Shown here: piece by piece, positions 24,546 to 38,200 of the stretch
How positions within the stretch are numbered: position 1 is the first letter of the stretch
Layout of the letters: every line of letters begins with the position of its first letter
DNA from: Geosiphon pyriformis uo1
Taxonomy: Eukaryota; Fungi; Glomeromycota
DNA length: 64,000 bases
NCBI GenBank assembly: GCA_016748015.1
Contig: JAAOMT010000697.1
Coordinates: 256,868 to 320,867 of the forward strand
Direction of reading: 5' to 3'
Program-made: the position numbers and the translations under genes
The notes under the pieces: generated by a model
What the model saw: the letters and a program-made list of their open reading frames with translations, nothing else
Told to the model about the DNA's origin: nothing
Database searches by the model: none

Positions 24546-25385
24546 TGTTACAGGTGATTCTTTGGAGTGTTAAGTAAATAACAAACTCATAACTTGGTGC
24601 TCAAAGTAATTAGTGACAATGATAATCTGAAGATATTTTATCTGAAGATTTTCTAATCGAGTTTTTTGTATAATAGACAGAAATTCAATGGTAACAGTTT
24701 ATTAGTAGTTTTCTGAAACCATAGTTTCGTTAATTGCTTGCTCAGTTTGATGGTTGATGATTCTCCTGGTACAATATTCTCCATAAGTGTATACCAGTGC
24801 TGTTTCCTGACATTAGTTCCTCCGTAAGTCCTCCAAGAGTAAGTATTGTTTAAGCAAGTTTATTTTTCCATAAGTCTTTTAAGAGTAAGTATTGTTTAAG
24901 TAAGTTTTATTTCTCCATAAGTTCTCTAAGAGTAAATCCTTTAATCAAGTTAGTAGACAATAAAGAAAAAATAAAAGAGAAAATAAGAAATAAGCCAAGG
25001 TGATTTACAAGTTAGTATCCTGTCAATAGCCGTGATCAAAAGCTATTGTTCCAGTATGATTAAATATTAGTTACTATCAACACTTCATGTTGATAGTAAA
25101 GAATGAATTTGATATAGTGAATAATTATTTATTTGAGGATTGTGATAACTAAGCTAAGAATTCTTGGTGTTGATTCTGTTTTTTCTGTTTTTAACACTAC
25201 TGTTATATATACATATTTGAGATTCCTCAATTCTTCAATTCCTTGTGACAGAAATCCTGGGATTCTTGGAATCTTGTGATTCCTGATAAGAGGAATTCTG
25301 AAATTCCACATTTACTACATCTACTTCTGATTGGCTAATCTCTACTTGCTAATAATAATATACTTCCTTTATTTTATGAGTAACA
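24546..25385 (-). repeat. 5' LTR of element A
   Basis: Direct repeat of 12998-13908, about 70 bp shorter in the GAATTC array. Confidence 0.93.
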
Positions 25386-25785
25386 TTGGAAAAAGAGATG
25401 ATTTCTTTGAAAAAAGAATGCTACATAAAAGATATTAATATATCTGGTAATTTGAAACATCTAATTGGTGTAGATGATAATATATTTTCTAACTTGATGT
25501 CTCTTTGGGCTTATAAGCTTATTTATATCAAAACTGATTCTTTGAAAACAGCTAAATGGCTGGTTGAGTTGGTTCTTAATAGTGTTATTTTGTTTAGTAT
25601 TGTTTAAAAGATATCTTCTTTGGATAAGTTTTCTTTTAAGGCTTTAATATAGTGTGTTTTTGATTGGTTCGAGTGACTAGTTATGTGTAGAAAATACATG
25701 ATTAACATCTAGTTTAGATCACTTAGTTTAATGTATTGTACTAAGTAGCTTTTGGGCTGTATTTGTTAAGCAATAATAATAAATA
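25386..25785 (+). mobile_element. ORF1-only non-LTR element, 3' part with LINE-type 3' UTR and (AAT)n tail
   Basis: The ORF continues LEKEMISLKKEC... to TAG at 25650-25652. A ~120-bp UTR homologous to LINE 42894-43010 follows, then AATAATAATAAAT. Confidence 0.82.
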
Positions 25786-26028
25786 AAAAACTTAAATATT
25801 ATAATTATTAAATTAATACTTTAAAAAAATTTTATATTTAATAAAAAACTCTTAATTATTAGTATTATTTTAAATATTTAGATTTAAATTATAAAAATGT
25901 TTTTATTTTTTTTTAAGTTTTTATTAAAGTTTATAATTAATTTTAAGATTTTTAAATCTTATTTTATTAGTATTAAGTTTTATATAAAAATTTTTATTCT
26001 GTTAATTTCTTTTGTTATTGTTTTTTTG

Positions 26029-26029
<1 letters not shown>

Positions 26030-26089
<60 letters not shown>

Positions 26090-28140
26090 TATTAATATTT
26101 ATTAAAAAAATTTATTTTATAATTACTTACAATTTTGAATTAAATAACTATATATATATTTTTAATAATTTGTAATAATATATTAAATAAACTAATCAGT
26201 TCTAATTTGGTATTTTTAATACTATTAAAAGCTATTTTAATCTTTGCTAACCAACTATTTAAAATAAATCTCTTATATAAGATTAAATACAAATTAATAT
26301 TGAAAAAATTCAAATTAATATTTAAAATACTATTAAAAACAACAAATAAATATTAATTAAAACCATTTAAAATAATAATTATTTATTTAAAAGCTTTTAA
26401 TAAACAGATAAATCTGAACTATAAACAAAAATATAATTAAAAAACTTTATATTTTTATATTACATATATATTATACTAAAATATTTATTATTATATAAAC
26501 ATTTTTAAATAATAATTAATAATTATTTGTGTAAAACTTTTATTAAATATGTGTGTATATTAACAATAAATCTGTTTATAAAGCCAGTTATTATATATAA
26601 GTTTAAATATTAAACCAATATAATAAAATTTTAATCAATATTATTAATAAAAGCTGAATTTTAATCTTTAAATTTAAATTAGTTTCTTATAAAAAATATC
26701 TAATTGTATTATTAACCAGTTTTATAAAACAATAAGTATTATTAGAAATTATTTAATTATTTACTATTATACAGCCTAATTTGTTAAAATATTAACTTAC
26801 TTATTATTAAAAATACTAAAATAATCTTTAAATTTTACCTATTTAACAAAAATATCTTTTAATTAAATAAAATTTCTAATATTATAATACTTAATTTAAC
26901 AACTGTTGCAAAAATTTGATACTTTTATTAAAAACTTAGCATTATAGATATCTAAAAAAGCTTAATTATTAGAAAAAATTGTAATATTAAACAAAACCAA
27001 AATATATTTAAGTGCTTATAATTTAGTCAAAGTTAAAGATAGCAAATTATGTACTTTAATACTAATTTTCAAATTAATATTAAAAAATAAGTAACAATAC
27101 TATTAATAATACAAAAAAATTGTAGTTTTTAATAAATTTAATTATAAAAATAGTTATATTAAACAAAAAAGTATTTTATAAGTTAAAGCAAATAAAAAAA
27201 CATTAATATTAATTATACTTTTTATAAAAAACTTTCCAAAATATAATACCAAGTTTTTAATTAGATTATTATATATAATAAAATCTAAAACACAAATAAA
27301 TTATAAAAAAATTAAGTTTTTAAGATTTATATATTTTCAGTAATAAAATTTTTTTAATTAAAACATTAACCATAATTATTTAATAATTAATTAGCAAAAA
27401 CAATATCAAAATATTTAAAACAAAATACATTGAATATTTTGACTGTTAAAAAAAAGTTATTGTCTAAAAATATCTTAATAATATTAGTTAAAAATTTATT
27501 TATAAGATTGATTATTAGCTTAAGAAAAACCAAAAAAACTTTGAAAAACTTAATTTATAATTTGCAAATTTAACAACTTATATTTAAATAATTTGTCAAA
27601 AATACTTTTAGTATTAGTAAAACAAATCACAAAAGTTATTTTGCTTTTAACTTAAACTTAATTAAAAAGTTTCAAATCATATAAAAAAATAGTAAACAGT
27701 TTTATTCAGAAAATTTTTAGATAAATTAAATTTAAATTTAAATTTTTTTCTTATCAAATAATCTTATTTTTTATATGTATTTTTACTAATAAAACTAAAT
27801 TAAGTTTTATAACTAATTATAAACTACAATATTATCAAAACCAAATATGTAAACTATTTATTAAAAATAGTTTTGTGCAAAGATAAATCATCTTAAAAAC
27901 AAATAAACTTAATTAAAAATCAATCTAATTTTTATTTATCTTTTTTATTAATAAATTCAATACTTAATAACTATAATTATTTTAATAAAATACATTAATT
28001 AATTATATTTAAAGCTATTTTTTTATGCATTTATATTTAATTTATTAAAATTCAGTCTATTTATATTAATATTAATAGTATTAATAATATATTTAACAAT
28101 ACTAAAACAATAATTTTTAATTATAACTATTAACAAAATA
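26030..28140 (-). mobile_element. Heavily decayed 3' part of a LINE (RNase H region) with (AAT)n tail
   Basis: (ATT)n at 26030-26087. The - strand near 26.95-27.07 kb reads KISIKVHNLLSLTLTKL*AL, resembling the RNase H segment at 41.7 kb. Confidence 0.6.
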
Positions 28141-28149
28141 CTAATTTCT

Positions 28150-28530
28150 ATTTTATTATTTGTTTGTTTGTTTGTTTTTTTTTATTACAGTTTAACAAGT
28201 GCAGCCCAATCACTACCTAGTATACAGAGTCAAAACTATGGACCTCAACTATATGTAATTCATGTATTTACTATATGTGACTAGTTATTTGGATTAATCA
28301 AAGTGATACTATGCACTTATATAAACAGAAACCATATTTATCAAGCCGAAAAAAAACAACCAAGGCTTATGAAAACCAAAACTCACTCCAAAAGAATCAT
28401 TAATATCAATCAACCTAACCATACCATTCAACAAACCTCGCTCTGAGCTGTAATGCACTAATGACAACACCTCTGAGTTACCAACCAGACCATTCCTTTT
28501 TATGCTAGCCCTAAATTTGGATCTGGTTTT
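28150..28530 (-). mobile_element. 5'-truncated LINE copy (ORF2 C-terminus, 3' UTR, tail)
   Basis: The - strand reads KRNGLVG...NGMVRLIDINDSFGVSFGFHKPWLFFFGL...SVYISA*, matching 42700-42893, followed by the shared 3' UTR and an A-rich (AAAC)n tail. Confidence 0.85.
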
Positions 28531-28929
28531 ATTAATTAATTAAAAAAAAGCACTAAAATTACAACATCAAAAATTATTTAATAAAAAGCACCAAAAAAAA
28601 GTATAAACATAATTATAAGAATTAAAATTGTTTATTAAAAAAGTATAAACATCAAAATAAATTGGTTATTATGCTAAAAAAATTAAATACCAAATATTAT
28701 CTATTATTATATTAAAATTTTGTTTATTATACAAGAATTTTATTACTAAAACCTTTAAATTTTAGTATTAATTTACTCAAGTACTAAGTTATAAAAAATT
28801 TATTAATTTTAAAAAACCATTTATAATAATATTAGTATTTTTAAAATTTAATATTAGATATTAGTTGTATTTTTTAATAAATATTTATTTAATATATTTT
28901 GTAAAAACCAATAAAAAACCAAAAACTTT

Positions 28930-30500
28930 TTTTTTTTTTCATCCAAAATTCCCAATAAAAAATCAATAAATTTTTTTTGAAAAAAGTTTTCTACCATTTA
29001 GTACAATAAATCCAAACTGTTTTTGCTTGATTATAAGACTATTGTCAGCCCCAGTGTTGCTATCATAAAGAAGACTGTTAAAAATTCTGGCTTGGTAATG
29101 GTTTTAAGGCTGTGTTGTTAAAAAAAAAGAGAAAAAGTGGTATTCTAAAAGATGATATTGGTAACAAAAAAGATTCAGCTAAAGTACAAAATAGTTATTT
29201 ATGAGGTTTAAAGGCTAATGACACCACTAAGTCTGATAGTATTAATATAAAGAAGGAGTGTCTGATAGAAAAAACCAGTTTTGATTATAATAAAGATGAT
29301 GCTTTTGCTAATGAGAATCCTGATCAAATGCCTAAAGGTTCATAAATTATAACCAAAAAGACATTTGGTAAGCTAATAGAGAAAATTAATTTCTTAAGTA
29401 GTAATAATAATGATGATATTTTCTTGAATATTTCACTTAATATTTTTTCTCTTGTAAAGAATTTGGTCAAAGTCTTTGTTCATAAATCTTTTACTTTGGA
29501 TATTAGACTGGATAAAATTGCTAGAAAAATGTCTCAAAAAAAATGCATGATGGTTAGAAAATTATTTTCAAGAATTAATGGTTTTGGAGAAATCTTTACT
29601 TTCTCAAAATTTGCTGAAATTATTAAGACAATGTTTACTTCCAAATTGAGTTTGGCATGAGCTTTTGAAAAGGCTGTTAATACAAAAATCTTGGTAAATA
29701 CTAATCTTAAAAAATCTGCTGGGTGTTTAGATTAGACTGTAGTAATAAAAAAAATTCCAGTTGAAACATTGGCTGAGGCTGTGCATACTGTGTTGTCTAA
29801 GTTTAAAATAATTAAGTCAATTAAAATACAGTTGGTAGGACTCTGGCAGAAGGCTGTAATTAAGTTTAAACATTTAGATTATGCTGATTTGGTTATAATC
29901 AAATGATCTATCTTAATTAAGAAAGATGCTATACATGTTGCTAAGACAAATTTGAACAAAGAATCATGGAATGTGAAAGATTATTATAGGGCACTGCTTT
30001 ACATATTGTCTGTAGGTACAAATGTTTATGACATTTGAGATTTTATTGAATCTATAAGTAAAAAAACATGTATTATTGATTGTTATTCAGCTATATATAC
30101 CTAGACCAGGTGTGCTATTATTTGTTTTAACTTTGCCAACTTGTTGAATGCTGTCATAAAATCCATATTAATGTTAAGGAATGTCAATTTGTACTGGTTC
30201 TGTTTGAGTTCAGTCAAGTGTGCCAAATATGAGAAGTTTGGTCATATGTTATTGGACTGTCTTGGTAGAAAAAAATTTCCTGGTGGTTTATCTCATAAAG
30301 TGTTGTCTAAGAAGGATAAAAGCAGATTGGCATCTATCTATGTTAAATATTTAGTATTGATTACTTATACTGTTTTTTTTAGTAGTGTCTTTTAGACAAA
30401 AATTGTTGATGGATCTTTTTTTTCTCCTCTCCTTATACATAATAGGTCTTTGAAATTTGGCTCTTTTTCAGAAATAAAATCTATTCCACTGATATCTATG
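28930..30500 (+). mobile_element. LINE 5' UTR and ORF1 fragment, 3'-truncated
   Basis: Aligns to 35300-35546 plus 36520-37840, with no LTR at the equivalent site. Confidence 0.88.
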
Positions 30501-32569
30501 AATGAGACATATATATAATATATTTTAATATAAAGTTTTTTGCCAAATAAAAATTAAAAGTCTTTTATAAATTGTTTTTATAATATATATTTATAAACCA
30601 GCCAAAAAATTACTTATAAAAATATCAGTTATAAATAAATTAAAATAATATATTAATAAAAAGTAAACTTAATTAATATTATTAAATAAATAACTATTAA
30701 TAATTTGGGTTTTTAATCTAATTTTTCAATAAATTTAATTAATAGTTTAAATATATTATATATAAAATAATAAATATTATTAAATATTATTATGTTATTA
30801 ATTAAAACAAATTTTTTATTAACATAAATTAAGTTTTCTCTTTTACATTTACAGTTTAATTTTTTGAATTATATTATATTTTATAAAGTTATTAAAGTTT
30901 AAAATTAGCCATTTTTATTATTAATTTTTAATTTTTGAATGCCAATCAATCAGATTTTAGCCAATCAGCAATCATTAAAGTTATATTACCATTGATAAAT
31001 TATCAAAGTATTATTATTTTCAAAAAAGCTTTCAATTAATATTAATTTAATCTTTAGATGGTTACTTTTTTATAAAGATATAGTATCTATCAGCCTGCAT
31101 GTCTTCTGCTGATAACACAGCACCATTAACCATAAATATTTTATTCACACTACTATCATATTCAGTTGTCATTATTAGGACAGAAACTCAGATATCAATA
31201 TTGTTTACATTAGACATTAAAGGAATCATAAAAGTACTATGAACAATTGTTGGAGAATTTGGGAATGTCATTCACACTCTATTTGTAATCTTGTGTTATT
31301 ATAATGTGAATACTTACTTTGAATTTACAAATAATCTTTTAATGACTATAATATTGTATTTCAAAGAATTGCTTAGATCTAAAAGATATATATAATCTCC
31401 TGTAATAAAGATTTTTGGTTAAATTTAATATTTGAATAAAAAATTATACCAAAAAAAAATATTATAACTAAAATACCTATTGTGTATTTAACCAAATCAT
31501 AATCTAGTTTTAAAATTGGTTTTCTAGACTGTAAAAAGAATTTTGATTGTTGAATATTTCAACAACTTATTAAAATGTAATATATAATAGCTTATTATAG
31601 TAATCAAAAAACTTATATTAATTGGTATTAATTTAAAGAAATTAAGTTGAAATTGAAAAATCTTTGGCTTTATTTTGATTGGAAAAACTGAAGTTGTTTT
31701 AAAGCCTATAATCTTAAATAACTCTTTTTTGTTTATATATTTTTTAATAAGTTTGTTTTGATACAAAAAATATATGAAATGTATTAGTTCAAGTAAATAA
31801 AACTCAAATTTTTTTGTAAAGACTTAATAAACTTTTTATTTGTAAGAATTTGGCATTTTTGAAAATACATAAATCATCATTAAAATACATAGCATTTTCG
31901 AAATTAATTGCAAATTCTGATTGAATTTATAAATAAATAATATTTTTTTCAAATTTTTTACTAATGTAATGTAGAAAACATATGTCAAGTATTAAGTAAC
32001 CAATAGAAAAGAAGTGCATAATACCAATCTCAATTATGTTTAAGGATTTTGGCTCTTTAATTACATCATAATATTCTGGATATTTTTCTTTGGACAGTAA
32101 ATCCATAAATAATTCGGCATATTGTCAACCACTAAATATGAAAATGAAAGGTCACAACTAGGCTGTAATACTAAAATTAAAATCTATTTCAAATATTTTT
32201 ATTTACTATCTTTTTGATTAACAATTATTTGCAAATTTTTCATTAACTTGAAGAGATTGGCTTCAATTTGAAAATTGGGTTTCTTTTGAATTAGTTGTTT
32301 AATTGTTAATATTAAACTTTTTTGCCCAAATTCTTTGTCATTAGTCGAAGAGATTTTTGTGGTAATTATTTTTATTGATGTTATCTGAATTTTTGGCTCA
32401 AATAATCTCTTCAATTCCAATAAAAAATTTTTTTGATGAATGTCAAAGGAGCTTTTTTTAATTGTTTTTTATTCAGAATTACAAAATAGAAATTAAAGTT
32501 TAAATTGGAACCAAAAAGATTTAAAAAATAGATATATACTTGAGTTAAAAATGCCATTTTTATTGTAAT

Positions 32570-34790
32570 ACAATTTTGTTATACAATATTAATGGTTCAA
32601 ATTTTTTAATTCTGTCCAAGCACCAATTACACACTAGATTAACATTATATTACATAAAAAAATGCCACTTTATTTTAAAGAAAAAAAAAGCTAAAGATCA
32701 AATTAGAAATAAAAAAAGATCATATAAAAAAACATATTATACTATTTTAATAAATAATTATGATATTGAAGTAAATAAATTTAACAGACTGAATATTAGT
32801 GATAGAAAGTGAGATAATAATGATAACAGTAGATAAGATGATACAGAAGATATAAAAGCCACAATTAGAATAAATACAAAATTAAAAAAATTCAGTTTAA
32901 TATGAAAAAATAACAATCATCTAAAAAAAAAAGTGAGACTCTTATATGACAAAAAAAATACCAAAGTCAACCTATTACAATAAATATAAACCAAATGATT
33001 TATTTACCAAAGCAGCAACTGAAACTAAAAAAATTATTACTTTTTTTAATATTAGTGATGTTTAAACTACAGACTTACAATAGTCTGAATCTAATAAATT
33101 TTTAAGCAATTCAGAAGGTAAGATTGATTTATATACTAATTAAATAAAAAAAGGACAAGAGTTAAAAAAACATTTAAAAAAACAATATGCTCAGTTAACT
33201 GTCTTTAAATATAATTAAAAAAGAGCTATTTTTGAATATTTTATCTTGTTAAATAATAATAATGAACATGAAAAAATTAATTCCAGTTTGAAAATTGTTC
33301 AAAAGATTTTTATTGATAGTAGTATATAGAAAGCACAAAAAATTCAATATCTTGCAAAGTATTGGTTGCTTAATGATAAGTTTCTAATATTAAAACATAG
33401 AAAACACCAAAAAACAATTAGAATAATTAATGATGAAAACATTGCAGAAAGATGTCATATTTGGATTAGAAACCAAAACTTCAATACCACTTCAACCACA
33501 TTTAAAAAATCCATCAAGCATGAATTGTTTCTTAATATTGGAATAATGAAAAAAAAACTATTAGTCTTATGACTGCAGTAAAATAACTCAAAATTCTTGG
33601 TTATTCATTCCAACAACATTATCAAGACTTATATTATGATAAACATGAAAGAAATAATGTCTTGCAATCTCGAAAAAAATTTTTAGAAAAAATATTTGAG
33701 CATAAAAAATATATGTCAAAGTATAAAAGTGAATTTATGGATTGAATACATTCTAACTTACTTAATAAAAAAAAAAAGAGTTCTTGTAATCCATAATAAA
33801 TGTATTTTTTATTTAAATAATAACAAGCATGACATATGAGCTGAGAATAAAAATTTGTTACTAAGAAAAAAAGAAAATAAAAAATCAATTATGGTCAGTA
33901 AATTTTTAACTAAAATTTATGAAAATTTATGTTTACAATAAAATAATATAGAAAACTATTCTAATATATCAGAAAAAACATGATGCTATTTGTAACTTGA
34001 TATAAATCAAGATAGTTATTAAACAGCAGACTATCTTTTTAAACAAATTAAATATAAAACAATTCCAATTTTTGAGAAATTATATTCAGATTGTACAGCT
34101 GTATTTGCTTTTAATAATAGCTCTAATTATATAGCATTTAGTAAAGATGCTTTAATTACAAGCAAAATAAATTTAAGTTCAGGTGGAAAGCAATTATTGA
34201 TGCAAGATACTTTTTTTGGATTAGATAATCAATTACAATCAATAATCTTCCTGGAAACATATTTAGATAAAAAACTTTGAGGATTGCTTAAAGAAATTAA
34301 ACAAGTATTAATAAAATGAGAAAAATGGCCATCAAAAAGATTAGTATTAGAATACAAAAAATGCAAAAAAAAAATCAAAGATTTTTCAAGAGTTTTTTGT
34401 TGTGCATGTCAAGTAATATCTTTGAAATTCAATTTTCTTGCTCAAAAAAATACAATTGAAGAATTAATTAAAAGTATAGGACATAAGTACATTTTTTTTC
34501 CAAAATTTCATTGCAAATTAAATTTTATTGAAAGATATTGGAAAGCTGCTAAAAGATATGCATGTAACAAATGCAATTATTCATGGAAAGGATTACAAAA
34601 AACAGTGTCTGAAAATCTTGAATCAGTATTTTTAATAACTATTAAATAATTTTCAAAAAAATGTTGGTATTATATGAATCTTTATAGAAAAGATCTTAGT
34701 AGAAAATTAGTAGAATATACTATAAAAAAGTATAAATCTCATAGAAAAATTCCAGATAATATTCTTGAAAAATTTGACAAATTAATAATA
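32570..34790 (+). mobile_element. IS630/Tc1/mariner-superfamily DDE transposase pseudogene
   Basis: Decayed motifs YYDKHER, VIHNKCIFY, RKKENKKSIMVSKF, AVFAFNNSSNY, GGKQ, GHKYIFFPKFHCKLNFIERYWKAAKRYA and KKYKSHRKIP. TIRs not resolved. Confidence 0.85.
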
Positions 34791-35238
34791 TTCAAACTTT
34801 GTAATACTGTATTTGGTTTTATATTATATAAAATTTAATAAAATTTTATTTTTTATTATAAATAATATATTAAAAACACATGTATATTAACCAATAAAAT
34901 TTAATTATATAAATAAAAATATGTAAAGATCATTATTTAAAATTTCGGACTGATCTATATTTTTGATGATTATAAATAGTTTGCACTATACAATTACTTA
35001 AAAGTTAGTTAAAGTTAATAAAACCATATCTAATATTAATATTTAAGCCAAAAAATAAAAAAACACAGCTGTTTTATATTAATAATTAAAAACTAATTTA
35101 ATTAAAATTAAAAATTAAAATAAATAATAATATATTATTACATATTAAAAATTTTTAATTTAATAGTAATAACTTTGTTAAATATTTTAAACTTATTTTT
35201 AATATTATTAAAAAAATATTAAAAACATTATAAAATAC

Positions 35239-35269
<31 letters not shown>

Positions 35270-35299
35270 TTTTTTAAAAATTAATACTTAATAAGAAGA

Positions 35300-38200
35300 C
35301 TTTCGTTCATCCCAAATTCCCAAAAAATAGCCAAAAAATTTTTTCTGAAAGAAGTTTTTTCACCATTCAGCACAATAAATCCAAACTGTTTTTGCTTGAT
35401 TATGAAGCCACTGTTGGCCCTAGTATTGCCATTCTGAACAAGTCTATCATGGAGCCTGGTTTTAATATTGGTGTTAAGTCTGCTGAATCTAGAAAGAAGA
35501 AGAGAGGTGGTGCTTTGGAGGATAATATTGGTAATAAGAAATTCGCTGTTACCAATAGAATTCTAGTTATTAATTAGCATGAAATTATCCTCATAATTCC
35601 TATTATTAATTAGCATATATTATTATTATTTCGATTATCACTTATTATTTAATCAAATTATCAAATATCATTATTCAATCAATAATCCGATTTGTACTCT
35701 AGAAATTAAGATGATCAAATTACACAATACTCTGAACTATTTAACATAGTCAAAATTCGCCGAAATTAATGAAAATTGGCCGAAATAATCAATAGTTTAG
35801 TGAAATAACTTGTAGTTTGCCGAAATGTATTTTTAGTTCACCTAAATTGTAGCAAAGAGAAAAATGCAAGTTTAAAGACTAGTATTACAACAAGTTGTAT
35901 AAAAGAAGAGCTTCTCTCTTCAAGAAAATGTATCTTCTCATAGTATCTGACCATAGTATTCTACTTTAGATATCTTAATTGAAACAAATCACTTTTTACA
36001 CACTTCAAATAAAAATTAAATATTCGAAACCCAAATTCTTTGATTATTGTACTTGAAATTCCCTCAACACAATTAATGTTTTGAAATTGATTAGCTACCA
36101 ATTTCAATAAACTGTTAGTAACTCCAGGCCTGGATAGAAAATGTTTCTATTAACAAAATTCTATTTCTTTTACATTTCTTGTATTTTTCTTTTATTTTTT
36201 TATTTACAATCATTAGGATAGCCTACAGACAAGATTCCTGTAAAAGAGTTGACTTTCACAGCAAAGTAACTACATATTTTCAGTAAGCTTCCAAATGAGC
36301 AATTCCTGGGAAAAAGTTGATGTTTACTACAATGTAACTACATAAAGTAACTGGCAAAAAATTGGCCATTCCACTTATAAGCCTAGCAGTTCAAATTATA
36401 GGAGATAATTTGAAGATAAATTCAGTTACTAGAGATTCAATTACTTTCTGAGAACATGAATTTACAACAAATCAACATTAACAACATTCAAGAAAAGAAA
36501 CCAAAAACCTTCAGTAATATTGCTGCTGCTAAGGTGTCAAGTGATTATTCTTGGAGTTCTGAGACTGGTAATACTACTAAATCAGATAGTGTAGACATGG
36601 AAGAGGAGTATTTGGTTGAAGAAACCAGCTTTGATTATGGGGATGATAAAGCTCTCACTGGAGGGGACTCGGAACAAACACCTAAGAGTTCAAAAATACT
36701 AACCAAGAAAGCACTGGGAAAACCACTAGGAAAAATTAACTTCTTGGATAAAGATAGTAATGACATTCTGTTGGACATTCTACTAACACTCCCCCTATTT
36801 TTAAAGACTTTGGTTGATGTTCCAGTTAGAAAATCGTTTGTTTTGGATATTGGCTTAGACAAGATGTATGAAAAATCTTCTTAAGAAAAGTTTTCAATGG
36901 TCAGAAAATTATTTTCAAGTATCAATGGTTTTAGAGGGGCCTTTACTTCCTCAAAATTTTCTGGAATTATTCGAATGACATTTACTTCTGAATTGGGTTT
37001 GATAAAAGCCACTAAAAAGACTACTGGTGCAAAAATCTTAATAAATACCAATCTTAAAAAATCCACTGGATCTTCAGATTAGACTGTAGTACTAAAAGAA
37101 ATTCCAGTTAGAATGTCAGCTGAGGCTGTGCATGCTGCATTATCCAAATATGGTGTAGTGGTATCAATTAAGATGTAATTGGTGGATTTGTGGTAAAAAG
37201 CTGTAGTCAAATTTGATAAGATTAAACAGGCTAATTTGGTTACAGCTTATTGGTCTATTCTGATTGAGAAGAATACTGTGCGTGTGGTCAGGACTAATAA
37301 AGATAAAGAATCATGGGATGCAAAAAATCATCATAAGACACTGCTTTACACTCTGCCAATAAGAACAAATGCTCATAACATCTGAGATTTTATTGACTCC
37401 ATGGGTAAAAAAACATGTGCAATTGATCATTATTCAGTTACATATGCTTGGGCCAGATGTGCTGTTGTTTGTTTCGATTCAGCTGAATTCTTGGATGCTG
37501 CCATGAATACTACTCCAGTTTTAAGAGGCATAAATTTGCATTGGTCTTGTTTGAGTTTTTCTAAATGTGCTAAGTATAAGAATATGAGTCATATATCATT
37601 GGGCTGTTTTATAGATGAGAATATTTCCTCTGGGAGATCTCCTTGTAAAATGTTTTTAGACATAGATAAAAGCAGATTGGCTACTATCTATGTCAAATGT
37701 TTGGCTCCTGTTGCTCATTTTGTTACTTTTGGTAAAGTGCCTTGGGCAAAAATTGCTGATAGATCTTCATTTCCTTTTTTTTCTGAGCATAGTAGTCTGG
37801 TTGATTCTGGTTCTTTTTCAGAAATAAAATCTATCCTATCTGTTATGATTGATATTAAAAAAAGGTTTGCTGTTTTGAAGAGCAGTTTTACCAGCCTTAT
37901 GGAACAAATTAGTGAGTTGGCTAAGAGATTAGACTTACTTGTGCTGGCAATTTCCCAGTCTAGCCTTAGATGTTAGCTGCTAATGACTTCCTCATTACAG
38001 AATCAAGTGAGTGATGTAGTAATGAGAAAAGGTTCAGGTGGGACCACAGGTGGTAAGACTGCTGCGAATTTGGAATCTTCTGTCTTTTCTGAGGTAAAAA
38101 GACTAGAAAACATGCTGGAAGAGCTTTCTGTTTCAGTTCTGAGTTTGACAGTGAGATTTGATAGTTCAATTTTGGCTGGTGGTGCATTTCCCAAACCTTT

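Larger units (their letters stand above)
12998..25385 (-). mobile_element. Ty3/Gypsy-like LTR retrotransposon A with nested element B; RT/RH/IN deleted
   Basis: Paired TG...CA LTRs at 12998-13908 and 24546-25385. 4-bp TSD CTGG/TTGG. PBS and PPT on the - strand. The host ORF rejoins across it (TVNKL|EKEMISL). Superfamily is inferred from the Gag/protease type because RT/IN order is not visible. Confidence 0.9.

Noticed and set aside
25661-25680. GGTTCGAGT as a tRNA B-box or SINE
   Set aside because: It is the stem-loop of the LINE 3' UTR. There is no cloverleaf and sister copies lack the match.
25897-26175. Poly-Ile membrane-protein-like ORF
   Set aside because: It is a translation of the (ATT)n LINE tail and AT-rich flanks.
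36456-36884. Chimeric ORF from a solo-LTR ATG into LINE ORF1
   Set aside because: The ATG probably arose by CpG decay (the homologous LTR reads AACGTAAAT), and ORF1 stops at 36884.
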